DNA from: Candidatus Bathyarchaeota archaeon
Lineage (GTDB): Archaea > Thermoproteota > Bathyarchaeia > Bathyarchaeales > Bathycorpusculaceae
Assembly (NCBI GenBank): GCA_963811105.1
Contig: CAWEPZ010000008.1
Coordinates: forward strand, 1-64,000
DNA: 64,000 nt
Direction: 5' to 3'
Of this stretch, positions 20,490-31,531 are shown one piece after another (positions within the stretch are counted from its first letter, which is position 1; every line of letters starts with the position of its first letter). Under the pieces are notes generated by a model. That model was not told the origin of the DNA and did no database searches. It was given only the letters and a program-made list of their open reading frames with translations. Position numbers and translations under genes: made by a program.

Positions 20490-20634
20490 AAAAACCAAGA
20501 AGATTAGGAGAAGCAGGTTTCACAAAGCTTTTTGCCTTTAATATAGTCAACTGCGATGGTTTCTTGAAGTATCTTAATCTCGCCATTCATATTATTCATA
20601 AATTGAAAACGTTTTGAAGCCATCAGAAAATAGT

Positions 20635-21903
20635 CTATGTTACAGACAACTTACTCTGCAGGTTTTTGTTGCGTCTTAACATTTGAATGACAAGTATCCA
20701 AGCGAAAATCTGGAAAGCTACCACGACCAGAAATCGGGCGATGAGCCGCCAAGTTCGAATGTATTGATCAAGCTGCACCAGCGAAGTTATTACTTGTGGG
20801 GAAACCAGGAAAAAAAGCTGAGAAAAATTGGTTGTAATAATCATAAAAATTAGTGGAATAACCCACAGAAAATGAAAGTTTCTAAAATTCGTCTTGTTTA
20901 AGGGTAATATTATGAGAACTAATGCAATTGCAAGATTTATGTATGGTTCAGATACCCACGAAAACGTTAGGAAAAAGACTAACATGATACCCGCTGCTTT
21001 CTCAGTTAATTCGTTGAACGTTTTAGGCTGATCCCGATAAACCAAGTAATAGCCTATCAATAGAGCTGGCACCCAAATGTACCCTAATAACTGGATGGAC
21101 GTAGGAATTGTAACCTGATCTTTTAAAAGTTCGAGGATCGCGAAGAGTGATATACCTCCGCCCCTAGTGAAAAACGATGTTACTTGATTATTTGATGCAG
21201 GAATTATCCAGCTGAGAATGTAGAAAGGCAAAATCCAAAAGGCCACAATTACTGCAGCTGAAACTAAAATATATTTTAGTGCTTTGGATTTATTCCTTTC
21301 AGGCGAAAACAGGAGCGGCAGACCAATTAGGGGAAACGAAACAGGTTTTAAAACGACACTTAAGGAAAGCAGTGCTGCGCTTTTTGTAATCATGCCTTTG
21401 CTTAATAGATAAAGGGAGGCAATGCATAAAAGGGATATGAGCATGTCGAATTGTCCCCAAGCGGTTGATGTTAACAGAACAAAGGGGTTGAAAAGTAGGA
21501 AAAGCCACGCGAATCGGATTTTTCTTTCTGAGGCGCCTTGCTTATGAAGTATTTTTCTAGTGAGGTAGGCTAAGCCTATGTTGCTGGCGATTACAGGGAG
21601 TTTAATCGCGAAGTTGTAGAGAAAAATGTTGGGTGTAATATTGTATGTTAATCTGTAAATCAAGCCTAAAAGCAAAGGCCATAACGGGGGATCCCCAGTA
21701 ACTGGATTAACGCCAACAATGTAAGGAGAAAAAACAGTGATTAGGTGAGGTTGGTAGGGATTTAATCCTGCACTTACCAGATACCCTGATGCCATAAACG
21801 ATCTTTCGTCATAGTAGTGCCCAAGAAAGACTGCTAAGGGTACCTGAACTAGAATACTTGCAAGAACGATTAGAGCTTCCCGGTTAAGGTTCAACTTAGC
21901 CAT
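20635..21903 (-). CDS. GT-C fold polytopic glycosyltransferase (GT87/PIG-M-like)
   Basis: GHYYD, PPLW, IKLPVIASNI, FLLFNPF..LTSTAWGQFD; about 11 TMs. Confidence 0.8.
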   Translation of the reverse strand: MAKLNLNREALIVLASILVQVPLAVFLGHYYDERSFMASGYLVSAGLNPYQPHLITVFSPYIVGVNPVTGDPPLWPLLLGLIYRLTYNITPNIFLYNFAIKLPVIASNIGLAYLTRKILHKQGASERKIRFAWLFLLFNPFVLLTSTAWGQFDMLISLLCIASLYLLSKGMITKSAALLSLSVVLKPVSFPLIGLPLLFSPERNKSKALKYILVSAAVIVAFWILPFYILSWIIPASNNQVTSFFTRGGGISLFAILELLKDQVTIPTSIQLLGYIWVPALLIGYYLVYRDQPKTFNELTEKAAGIMLVFFLTFSWVSEPYINLAIALVLIILPLNKTNFRNFHFLWVIPLIFMIITTNFSQLFFLVSPQVITSLVQLDQYIRTWRLIARFLVVVAFQIFAWILVIQMLRRNKNLQSKLSVT

Positions 21904-22255
21904 AGAGTTTTCCTAAAGCTTGGGCTAAAACGCTGTTCAATTAAGAGTTAATCATGCAAGAATATTTAAAATAGAATGCAAATGTATTCTGATTTGCAAG
22001 TCAGATTTTCACATAGTTATTTTTACCGTTCCACTTGATTGTTTGTCTATAAGGCTCATCTAGGTGTGCCATTAAGATCATCTAGTAGGCCCGGAGGGGA
22101 TGTGGGAGAGACAGAGAAGGCAGCGTTTCCAAACATCCAAAGATGATCAAATTCAAGCCTGTTTTTAGTAAATTTCAAGAATCTGGCTTTTTATGCTTTT
22201 TGATTCAGAAATAGTCTTAAAGTTGAACTGCAAGAATAGTTGTTGCGAAGTCTAC

Positions 22256-23436
22256 ATGCCGACTAATTTGCCGCCTGAAGCAATGGATAAATGGGAGGAG
22301 GTTGAAGCTGCCCACACTCCTGAGAGAAGATGCAGAAGATGCAGGAGTTCCTTAGTTGTGTTCCTCAGCATAAAGGCACCATGAAGTTGCGCGGAACAAT
22401 TAAAAAGAAGATGGCGATTATCCGCGCTGATCTTGAGGATAAGAAGCGCAAGGGCACAGGCAAGAGTAGTGGGGGACCGAAGCTTTTTATTGAAAAAGAA
22501 GGTTCGGCTCAAATAGCATTAATCGGAATGACCAATGTGGGTAAAAGTTGCCTGATGACCGGCACAACGAATTCAAAAGTGGTCGTTACGCCGACGCCTT
22601 TTAGTACTCATGAGCCAGTGCCTGGAATAATGAGTTATCAGGATGTGCAGTTCCAGATAGTTGAAGCGCCAGCGGTATTGGAAGGCAGCGCAGATGGACG
22701 CGCAGGAGGTCACATTACGCTGGGATTAGCTCGGAACGCTGATGGTGTGATTTTGATGGTTGATTTGTCCCGTGACCCAGTGGGACAATTAAAGCTGGTT
22801 TTAGCTGAGCTTGAGAAGAGTCGCGTTCTTGTAAGTAAGCCCAGCGGACGGGTGGACATTGACCGCCGCCATGCAGGTGCCGCGTTGCGCGTTATTCTTG
22901 TGGGGAAGCTTTTGGATTGTTCAATGCAAGATGTTGAGGATTTGCTGCGGAGCTACAGGATAGCTGGCATTGTTAGAATCAGCGGTGAAATAAAGCTCGA
23001 TGATGTAGAGGATGCCATTTTTGAAACCACGACATATAAGCCTGCGGTTGTTGTGGCCAATAAATTGGATTTGCCTCATGCGGCGATGAATCTACGGCGT
23101 TTAAAGCAGTATGTGAATAAAAAGTTGCCTGTTATCGCCATGTCATGTGAACAAAGAACTGGCATACCGGAGTTGGGGAAGGCACTTTTTGATTCACTTG
23201 GGATTATTAGGATTTATACTAAGGAGCCTGGCATGAGAGCTCACAGCGATCATCCCTTTGCGCTTAAGCGTGGAGTCACAATTAATGATTTAGCTAAGAA
23301 TATTCATAAGGATTTTATCGCTAATTTCCAGTTTGCAATGGTGTGGGCTAAACGTCTGCCTTTTAGTCCCAAAAAGGTTGGTTTAGGTTTTGCTTTGGAA
23401 GATGGCGATATTGTGGAAATTCATACAAGAATATAA
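22256..23436 (+). CDS. DRG/Obg-family GTPase with TGS domain (frameshift near 22325)
   Basis: N-terminus MPTNLPPEA lies in another frame; PQHKGTMKL, GMTNVGKS, NKLD, IRIYTKEPG, LEDGDIVEIH. Confidence 0.88.
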
Positions 23437-23508
23437 TTGCCTGTAAATTATTCCAAAATTGTACAAAGTTATGTTAATTTTGTTGGCTTTGCATTTTTTC
23501 TAAAAAAA

Positions 23509-24468
23509 TCATGTTGTAGAAGGCTGAACAGGCGCTTCCCTCGGCACTGTTTTGCGGCGTTTTCTTAGTAACAGCAAGGTTACGACAATAATTACGACAA
23601 CTGCTAACGCGATTATTATCCCTATGCCATAAATTAGGTAACCATTGTTTGAAGGTATCATTGGCGATTGTGTCGGGTTTGTTGTGATAATTGGAGTCGG
23701 CGTTGGCGAAGATGACACTGAAGGGGTAGGAATAGGGGTTGAGGTTAGAGGTATAGATTGAATCAGTAGAGAATAGTTTGTTATTGGATTTGATGTTTGA
23801 TCATAGTTATCTGTTGGCGTTGCAGTGAATGTTGCTGAGGCGCCTGGTCCGAAAGATTGGGATAAAGAATTCGTATAATCCACACTTACAACCGTTCCCG
23901 AAACATTGTAAAATGTTGCGACTACCCAAACGGCACCAGCTGTCTGTGTTCCAGCGTTTTGAATTGTTCCCGAAACCGTGAATATTCCGTTGTTTTGGTT
24001 GGATGTGCTTGTTACTATTGATAAACCTGAATACTGACTGTCAGTAGTATCAGAAGCGCTAACTGCTGAAACTGTCACGTTGCTAACAGAAGGAACCCAG
24101 CTTAGATCTCCGGTTGCGCCACTATTGGCCGTTAAATCTATGTAGAAAGGGGCTTTTTGGCCTGGAAGCATATCAGCTACAAACGCTGAATTTCCTGCTG
24201 AAGCCAAAAAATTCCCAGTTGAATCGTAAACAGATGCTCCAACATATACGTAACCTAGATTAGTTGAACCTGTATTTTGTATTTCGCCCACTACCACTAA
24301 ATCACCAGGGAAGCTGGCTATGACGTTGTTCGAAGGCGCAACATACCAACTATAACTTAGAATCTTAACTTGTGAAGCATCTGCCTTAACATTTGAAATC
24401 GAAAATAAACTTAACATCGTTAGAGTTAAAGCTGCGATAAGAAGCAAGGTTATTGTTTTCTTTTTCAA
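23509..24468 (-). CDS. Secreted FxLYD-domain protein with C-terminal TM
   Basis: Two Ig-like FxLYD-type modules (VVGEIQNTG...ASVYD; VSGTIQNAG...ATFYN), a Pro/Thr linker, TM helix and RKRRK. Confidence 0.8.
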   Translation of the reverse strand: MKKKTITLLLIAALTLTMLSLFSISNVKADASQVKILSYSWYVAPSNNVIASFPGDLVVVGEIQNTGSTNLGYVYVGASVYDSTGNFLASAGNSAFVADMLPGQKAPFYIDLTANSGATGDLSWVPSVSNVTVSAVSASDTTDSQYSGLSIVTSTSNQNNGIFTVSGTIQNAGTQTAGAVWVVATFYNVSGTVVSVDYTNSLSQSFGPGASATFTATPTDNYDQTSNPITNYSLLIQSIPLTSTPIPTPSVSSSPTPTPIITTNPTQSPMIPSNNGYLIYGIGIIIALAVVVIIVVTLLLLRKRRKTVPREAPVQPSTT

Positions 24469-24723
24469 TTTGATCTCACTTTATTTGTTAAATTCACGGA
24501 GTGAATGTTGGCTTTTGATGTTAAATGTATTTTATAAAAGTTATTCCAAATTCGCCCAGAATCTACTTAAATTAGGAAAAACAGTTCAAGAAAATATTTT
24601 CCTGTCTAAACTTAGGCAAAGTCGAGTTTTGGGCTGTCAAAATTAGTCTATAGAATTTGCAGATAACTCAATAGTTAAAGACCAGAAATAGAAAAGTTGT
24701 TATTTAGAATTAGTGTCTGGATA

Positions 24724-24927
24724 CTATTTCCAGTCTTGTCTTCTTCTAGACCAAGCCTGCTTCTCACCAGTTGCATTTTGGCCATAAGTTTCTGTTGTTT
24801 TTTTAACGAAGTGTTTGGGGAGACATTCACGGCAATAAACTGGTTTACCAGCTGTCGGCTTGAAAGGGACAGTAGCAGTTTTGCCGCAATCTGTACATTT
24901 TATTTCTGTTCTAGTTTGTTGAGACAT
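24724..24927 (-). CDS. CxxC-x17-CxxC domain protein
   Basis: CTDCGKTATVPFKPTAGKPVYCREC. Confidence 0.88.
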   Translation of the reverse strand: MSQQTRTEIKCTDCGKTATVPFKPTAGKPVYCRECLPKHFVKKTTETYGQNATGEKQAWSRRRQDWK

Positions 24928-25147
24928 TAATTCTTTTTATCCTGTTAATGTGAAGGCTATTAGTAAAATAGCTTTTTTATTAACTTGGAATAATTGAGTC
25001 ACCATTGGTTTAAAGGTTTTTATGGAAAAAACAATTTTCATCCTTATCGGTGAAGCTTTTCGTGCTAGGTAGGGAATAGTGTGCCCTAACTTTATGATAA
25101 AATCGGACAGGTCAATTATGAAAAAGAAAGTTTAGAAAGAAATCTTT

Positions 25148-25735
25148 TTATCTACTGGATTGTGCGACGCGTTCGATTTCGTTACGTTTTGCAATGGCAA
25201 CACTTTTTATGTCTTTGTTTGCTGCGAGTACAAGCTCGTCCGCTAATGTTTCTTGGATACTGCGCGGGTTGTTTATGCTTGCGGCCCTTGCGCCTTCTGT
25301 AATGTGGCGTACAGCAAGGTCGATTCTGCGTTGTGGCGCTACGTCAACGGATAGGTGGTAGACGACCCCTCCGTAGCTGACCCGTGTTGTGTCTTCGCAC
25401 GGCGATGCGTTTTCAACAGCTTTAACAAGGACTTCTATTGGGTTTTTGCCTGTTTTTAAGTTGATTATTTCGAATGCTTCTTTAACTATGTTGGTTGCTT
25501 TGGCTTTTTTGCCGCTGTTTTTGCCTGAGCGCATAAGACCGTTGATCAGTCGTTCGACAACGTTGACTTTGGCTTTGCGGAAACGTTGGTGCTCGTGGCG
25601 TCCCATGCTATGTGGGGCCACCATTGGTGTCAAGTTAAGGTAGCGTTGTAAACCGATGTCTACAACTGATATGTCTTTGAAGGTCCATTTTTGGAAAAGT
25701 TTGATATCTTGAGGTTGAGCAGTTGTTTGTGACAT
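25148..25735 (-). CDS. rps7: 30S ribosomal protein S7 (uS7)
   Basis: KLFQKW, PHSMGRH, VVERLINGLM, NPIEVLVKAVEN, VDVAPQRRID, ERVAQSSR. Confidence 0.97.
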   Translation of the reverse strand: MSQTTAQPQDIKLFQKWTFKDISVVDIGLQRYLNLTPMVAPHSMGRHEHQRFRKAKVNVVERLINGLMRSGKNSGKKAKATNIVKEAFEIINLKTGKNPIEVLVKAVENASPCEDTTRVSYGGVVYHLSVDVAPQRRIDLAVRHITEGARAASINNPRSIQETLADELVLAANKDIKSVAIAKRNEIERVAQSSR

Positions 25736-25740
25736 AACAT

Positions 25741-26181
25741 TTACCTTGCTGGTTTTTGTTTGCGTCCATAAACAAGTTCGTTTAAAGATACGCCGTTAAT
25801 CATAACCACTTTCCATCTTACCCCAGGGATGTCTCCCATGGCTCCGCCTCTTGTCCCGCCGATGCCTTCGACAACAACTTCGTCGTGTTCATCAACTACG
25901 TTGAGTGCGCCGTCTCCAGGTAGGAAAGCAGTTATTACTCTTCCGTTTTTGATGAGCTGAGTGCGGACACATTTGCGGATGGCGCTGTTTGGCTGTTTGG
26001 ATTCAACGCCTACTTTTTCTAGAACGATTCCCCTGCTTTGGGGTGCACCCTGCATTGGGTCTACTTTTTCGTCTAGCCTAAGCATACGTCTGTTAAAGTA
26101 ACGATCATGCCAACGGAAATTCTTCCGTTTCTTTGCCAGTTGCCTTGCGGCAAATTCGCCTCTTGGTGACTTGGAACCCAT
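25741..26181 (-). CDS. rps12: 30S ribosomal protein S12 (uS12)
   Basis: [31 protein letters not shown]. Confidence 0.97.
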   Translation of the reverse strand: MGSKSPRGEFAARQLAKKRKNFRWHDRYFNRRMLRLDEKVDPMQGAPQSRGIVLEKVGVESKQPNSAIRKCVRTQLIKNGRVITAFLPGDGALNVVDEHDEVVVEGIGGTRGGAMGDIPGVRWKVVMINGVSLNELVYGRKQKPAR

Positions 26182-26531
26182 ACTTTAGATATTCCTTCTT
26201 TTTGCACATGCATAGTCAAAGATCCAATATATAAACAAAACGAAGCAAATTTACTTAAGTTCAGACAAGATTTCTCACGTAGACTAAAAATGCATGAGAG
26301 CACTACTTCAGTAAATTATTGCGCTATCGTATCTAGTTACATTATTTGGCTACTCAACTATGCTATAATAACGTTCGAGCAGGCCTAAGGTCTATTTCCA
26401 AAAAACGGACAGATTCTTCTTCCCGATATATTGCTGTTTTAAAATTGCTTTTTTTGCGCAATATAGTATTGTTTGAAATATCCCTTAAATCTTCTTTCTA
26501 TCCACTCGACTATCTGAAAAGGAATTAACTA

Positions 26532-26672
26532 ATGAAAGATAAAGAAGTCGAGGACCAGGAGATGCAAGACATGCAAAATTTTTCTGAAAGATGCAAAAAT
26601 GCAATTGAGAAAAGTTATGGCTTCAAAATTCCACTCCCTAAAAGTATCGTAAAAATTGAAAACAAAAAATGA
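26532..26672 (+). CDS. Putative 46-aa hypothetical protein
   Basis: ATG ORF MKDKEVEDQEMQDMQNFSERCKNAIEKSYGFKIPLPKSIVKIENKK, abutting the next ORF. Confidence 0.35.
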   Translation: MKDKEVEDQEMQDMQNFSERCKNAIEKSYGFKIPLPKSIVKIENKK

Positions 26673-26688
26673 CCTATTGGTGAAATTA

Positions 26689-26886
26689 ATGTATAAAAAT
26701 AAACTGCTTGACGCTTTAAAATCAAAAATTGGAGACGACAAAAAGATAATTCACGCTATAACTAAAATAGAGAGAGAGAAACGTCTTTCAAGCGAAGAAT
26801 TTCTCAAAGTTCATGATGTTCTTCGAAAGGAGGGTCCTTTTGTTAAATATCAAAACCCTAATTCATGGAACAAAGAAATGCTATGA
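26689..26886 (+). CDS. Small hypothetical protein (65 aa)
   Basis: ATG preceded by GGTGA Shine-Dalgarno (ggtgaaattaATG); charged, helical composition. Confidence 0.55.
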   Translation: MYKNKLLDALKSKIGDDKKIIHAITKIEREKRLSSEEFLKVHDVLRKEGPFVKYQNPNSWNKEML

Positions 26887-27051
26887 AGTAAATATGGGCG
26901 TATTTCTTTTTAAGTTTCAGATTTGTTAAATTTATCATGTAAACCTAAAACAGTCAAAACTTCGAAATATTATTATAGCGAAAAAACCATAATGACGAAA
27001 AACTTTTTAGTTCTTAATGAAACATATAATTGGTATTGTGAGGAGATTTGA

Positions 27052-27156
27052 ATGGAAAAGAAATGCCCAGTTTGCAAAAAGCCGTATACTACGTTTAATG
27101 CTAAGTCGAAGTATTGTAGTGATGCTTGCGCTAAGAAAGCTGGAAAATCAAAGTAA
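27052..27156 (+). CDS. 34-aa zinc-finger microprotein (CxxC...YCSxxC)
   Basis: MEKKCPVCKKPYTTFNAKSKYCSDACAKKAGKSK, preceded by GAGGAG; below the ORF-track cutoff. Confidence 0.75.
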   Translation: MEKKCPVCKKPYTTFNAKSKYCSDACAKKAGKSK

Positions 27157-27281
27157 GCCAGCATATAAACGGGGACAAGGGGTAACTTGATAAAGTTTTT
27201 TTCGTTAACTTGACAATTTGAGAACCATTTTTGGCAGTTGTTACGCAAATTAGAAATATTTGATGTGTCATAGTATTAATT

Positions 27282-27470
27282 ATGGTAGGCTTAGATTTGG
27301 ACGAGTATGAGTATGTGAAAGGAGCTGAGCCTGACCGGTGGCACTGGATGAAAGATTGCAAACAGTACCCTCGTGTGGTTATCCAGAGGCGCTTAAAGAG
27401 ACCGACTTCTGACCTCTGCGATATGTGTCTCGATATAGAGAAAGAAACCCTGCAAAACATTCCAGCATAG
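27282..27470 (+). CDS. Small putative metal-binding protein (WHWxxxC...LCxxC)
   Basis: DRWHWMKDCKQYP...RPTSDLCDMC. Confidence 0.65.
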   Translation: MVGLDLDEYEYVKGAEPDRWHWMKDCKQYPRVVIQRRLKRPTSDLCDMCLDIEKETLQNIPA

Positions 27471-28227
27471 GACGGCCAGCCCATAAGTGAATTTGCTGTT
27501 TACATTGTAGCTGTTGCTCTATGTCTATCTATTCTATACATAAAGCTTATGTTCTAACTTGCTTGGACAATAATTTGGTTATTGATTACCTGGAAATCCC
27601 CCTTCTCGTAATATTCCTGAATGTTCCAGGCAATCCCTAATCTTCCTCAGGAATTACATGAGAGCGTCTTTTCTAGTAAAAGCTTCTTCATGCTAACATT
27701 TCTCAATTGGGGATTATTTGTTCAACCATTATGATTGCACTTTTCTTTAGGTTGGACGCTGATTTCATGCAAACTTAGCTCGCTATAAATTCCCGCGCAC
27801 ACCTGAAAAGATTTCGATTTCATTTAGTTTTTTATAAGCGACAAAATAGTCAGCAGCTTTTATCCTTCCTCATTTTCAAAAACTTCCAATGGCTTTGACA
27901 TTTTTATCTTCACAATGTTTTTTTACTGTATAATACGACAGTATAATAGTTGTTAATACGCTCGCACATCTCCAAATAGTAAATAACTCCAACAAGAAAG
28001 CTTGAAATGAAGAAATACGAAGAAAATCTGTTAGAACCAAAATACTAGCCTTTTAAAATCATCATTAATATTCAGATACAATATTTCGACACAGGAGTAT
28101 CATTATTACCTAGAAAGTATCGCGCCTCTCAAAAACGCTGCCGTCCTAAATATCAGCATGCTTTTATTTGTGACGAAAGAACTTTAGCCTAGCAAACAAG
28201 AAACCACCTGATAAAGGCAAAGCCAAA

Positions 28228-29754
28228 ATGGAACTCCGAACACAAGAACAACGATTACTATCTGCTTTGGAGCAAATCGGCGGAAAAGCTACAGTGGAGC
28301 AGTTAATTGGCGCTTGCGAGCTCCCCGATACAGCAGTCATGCGCACAGCTTTAACACTTCAGGAAAAAAAATGCGTGAACATTCACGCAGAACACCGAAA
28401 CATCATCAAACTTACAGCTGAAGGAGAGGCATATGCCAAAAGAGGCTTGCCCGAACGTCAACTAATACAAGCCGTGGCACAGCTTGGCGGAGCCGCAGAC
28501 CTCAAAAAAGCAGCAGAGAAAGCGGGAATTGAGCAGCAGTTTATCCAGATTTCGCTTGGTTGGGCAATAAGAAAGAAATGGGCATTCTACACTTCGAGCA
28601 ACAACAAATTGCGAATTAGTGAGACGTTGGTGCATCTAGCTTTCATTGAGGAAGGTTGTGACGAAACCCTCCTCAAATACCTGAACGATAAGCATCAAAC
28701 TGCTTTGGAAGATTTAAGCCCGGAACTGCAGGATGCAGCTGAGCAGCTAAAGAAACGTAAGCTATTGACCATTGAACCCAAAACCAGCCGCACAATCCAA
28801 ATTACTGCAGAAGGCAAATTAGAAGCCGCTGAATCCAAAATAGCCCCAAAAGAAGTCACGCAGCTAACCCCTGAACTTATAATCACTGGCAAATGGCATA
28901 ATACAAAACTTCAAAAATACAACATTGAAGCATCAGTGGCCAAAACATGGCCTGGAAAAAAACATCCGTACCTGCAATTCCTAGACGAAGTTCGCTCAAA
29001 ACTTGTCCAGTTAGGTTTTCAGGAAATGACAGGCACCGCTGTTGAAACCAGCTTCTTCAACTTTGATGCACTCTATGTTCCTCAGGATCACCCTGCAAGG
29101 GAAGATAGTGACATCTACTATACTAATGACCCAACGTTCGGAGATATTAGCAGTCACGCTCAAGCGGTTGAACATGTCAGAGAAACGCATGAGAATGGCT
29201 GGACAACCGGATCAACAGGATGGGGATATAAATATTCACTTCTAACCGCGCAGCGTCTGATTCTTCGAGGCCACGGTACTTGTTTGAGCGCAAGAACATT
29301 GGAGGGAAAAAACTTTCAAGTTCCAAGTAGACACTTTTCCATTGTAAGGGTTTATCGCCCAGAAATTACCGACAAAACTCACCTCTCCGAATTCAACCAG
29401 GTCGAAGGCATAATCATAGATGAAAATCTAACCTTAAAAGACCTGCTCGGAGTGCTTGGCAAGTTTGCCATGGAAATCGCAGGAGCGGATAAAGTACGCT
29501 TCAAACCAGACTATTTCCCATTCACTGAACCCAGTGTTGAACTCAGCGCTTACAAAGAAGGGTATGGTTGGGTTGAATTCGGCGGCTCAGGAATCTTCCG
29601 ACCAGAGGTCACCCTGCCTCTTGGCGTAAGACAACCCGTTATAGCATGGGGGCTCGGTGTAGATCGCCTTTTCATGATGCGCGCCGGCTTAGAAGATATT
29701 CGAGAAATTTTCAGCCAAAACCTTGATTGGTTAAGAAAAAAACAGGTGGCCTAA
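28228..29754 (+). CDS. pheS: Phenylalanine--tRNA ligase alpha subunit
   Basis: GLPER, NFDALYVPQDHPARE, THLSEFNQVEG, YFPFTEPS, GIFRPEV, AWGLGVDRL. Confidence 0.97.
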   Translation: MELRTQEQRLLSALEQIGGKATVEQLIGACELPDTAVMRTALTLQEKKCVNIHAEHRNIIKLTAEGEAYAKRGLPERQLIQAVAQLGGAADLKKAAEKAGIEQQFIQISLGWAIRKKWAFYTSSNNKLRISETLVHLAFIEEGCDETLLKYLNDKHQTALEDLSPELQDAAEQLKKRKLLTIEPKTSRTIQITAEGKLEAAESKIAPKEVTQLTPELIITGKWHNTKLQKYNIEASVAKTWPGKKHPYLQFLDEVRSKLVQLGFQEMTGTAVETSFFNFDALYVPQDHPAREDSDIYYTNDPTFGDISSHAQAVEHVRETHENGWTTGSTGWGYKYSLLTAQRLILRGHGTCLSARTLEGKNFQVPSRHFSIVRVYRPEITDKTHLSEFNQVEGIIIDENLTLKDLLGVLGKFAMEIAGADKVRFKPDYFPFTEPSVELSAYKEGYGWVEFGGSGIFRPEVTLPLGVRQPVIAWGLGVDRLFMMRAGLEDIREIFSQNLDWLRKKQVA

Positions 29755-31461
29755 ATGCCAACAATCGACGTAGACTACAACGAACTTGAACGTTTACTAA
29801 ACATAAAATTAGACGGCAACATGGAAAAATTAGATGACATTCTTGCCAATATTAAAGGAGAAGTCAAGCTCTACAACCAAAAAGAAAGCATAGTTAGCAT
29901 AGAGATGAAAGACACAAATCGCCCAGACCTCTGGAGCATTGAAGGTTTAGCGCGAGGCTTACGCTCCTACCTCAACGAGGAAAAAGGGTTAAAACAATAT
30001 ACAGTAGGCAAACCATTAATTGAAGTAAATGTTGAAGCAGCGCTTTACAATATTCGACCCTACATTTGTTGTTCAATCATAAAAGACATCCATCTAACCG
30101 ACAATACAATTAAAGGAATCATGCACCTGCAAGACAAACTGGACCAAACCTTTGGCCGAAACCGCCAGAAAACCTCAATCGGGATATACAACTTTGACTT
30201 AATCGAGCCACCGATAGAGTACAATGCAGTTAAGCCTGCAGATACCAGCTTTGTTCCTTTGGGATTCACTGAAAAAATGGGTTTAGATGAGATTCTTGAA
30301 AAACACCCAAAAGGCATAGAGTATGGTAACATTGTCAAGAAAAATGCGCTTTATCCAATGTTATTCGACTCGGTAGGCAAAGTTCTGTCTTTCCCGCCAA
30401 TCATAAACTCTAACGATTTGGGCAAAATCACAGAGGACTCTAGAAATTTGCTGGTAGAAGTTACAGGAACCCTGCACAAAACCGTTCTAAATACACTTGA
30501 TTTAGTTACCGCGGCGCTAATTGACCGAGGCGGAGAAGCTTACTCAGCAACAATCAATTATCCAGAAAGCACAATGTACCAACAGCAAACAGTGATAACG
30601 CCAGATTTTAGTAGCGGATGCATGCGGTTGAGTGTAGAATATACGAATAAGCTTTTGGGCCTCAAGCTTTCAGCAAAAGAAATTGTAGAGTTGTTGCTGA
30701 CGGCAGGCTTAGGCACATCCAAGGCTCAAGGTGACAATGTAGATGTGGTTGTTCCATTCTACCGAGTTGACGTAATGCATCAAGTTGACATAATTGAGGA
30801 CGTCGCGATAGCTTTTGGCTACAATAATATTGAGCCATTTTGGCGTGAACTGGCGACAACTGGATGTGAAAAACCTGACCAACGCCTAATTAACGTCGCC
30901 CGAGAGTTAATTGTTGGTTTGGGCTACCAAGAAATCTTAACCTACACACTAACAAACAATGAAAGCCTCTTTGACAAGATGAACAAAGAAAAAATCAAGA
31001 TAGTGCAACTCTCAAACCCCAAATTAGCAACCATGACCTGCCTTCGAAACTGGCTCCTTCCAAGCATAATGGAGTTTCTAAGCAACAACCAATCCGTAGA
31101 GTTTCCACAAAAAATCTTCGAACTGGGCAAAGTCACCCAGCCCGACGAAGCAAAAGAAACTAAAACAAGGGACGAAGAATGGCTCTGCGCCGCAACAGCA
31201 CATCCAAACTCAAACTTTAGTGAAATCAAATCTGCACTTGATTCGTTTTTTGTGAATTATGGGGTTGATTGGCGTATAAAAGAGACTGCGCATCCAAGCT
31301 TTATTGAAGGCAGAGTTGGCGCAGTAATCGTTGGCAACGATGAAGTTGGATTTGTCGGTGAAATTAACCCGTTTGTACTTGAGGCGTGGAATCTTGAAAA
31401 TCCAGTGGCGGCTTTTGAAATTAACCTGCAAAGAATTTTGGAGAGCAAACTAGACAAATAA
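29755..31461 (+). CDS. pheT: Phenylalanine--tRNA ligase beta subunit
   Basis: MPTI, NRPDLWSIEGLARGL, SFPPIINS, RVDVMHQVDIIEDVAIAFGY. Confidence 0.97.
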   Translation: MPTIDVDYNELERLLNIKLDGNMEKLDDILANIKGEVKLYNQKESIVSIEMKDTNRPDLWSIEGLARGLRSYLNEEKGLKQYTVGKPLIEVNVEAALYNIRPYICCSIIKDIHLTDNTIKGIMHLQDKLDQTFGRNRQKTSIGIYNFDLIEPPIEYNAVKPADTSFVPLGFTEKMGLDEILEKHPKGIEYGNIVKKNALYPMLFDSVGKVLSFPPIINSNDLGKITEDSRNLLVEVTGTLHKTVLNTLDLVTAALIDRGGEAYSATINYPESTMYQQQTVITPDFSSGCMRLSVEYTNKLLGLKLSAKEIVELLLTAGLGTSKAQGDNVDVVVPFYRVDVMHQVDIIEDVAIAFGYNNIEPFWRELATTGCEKPDQRLINVARELIVGLGYQEILTYTLTNNESLFDKMNKEKIKIVQLSNPKLATMTCLRNWLLPSIMEFLSNNQSVEFPQKIFELGKVTQPDEAKETKTRDEEWLCAATAHPNSNFSEIKSALDSFFVNYGVDWRIKETAHPSFIEGRVGAVIVGNDEVGFVGEINPFVLEAWNLENPVAAFEINLQRILESKLDK

Positions 31462-31531
31462 CAATAATGTTTAGCAAGTAGGACCAGGTTATCTGCTAGG
31501 GCTAAATTCTAACTTGCGCTCTGTGTAAGTG

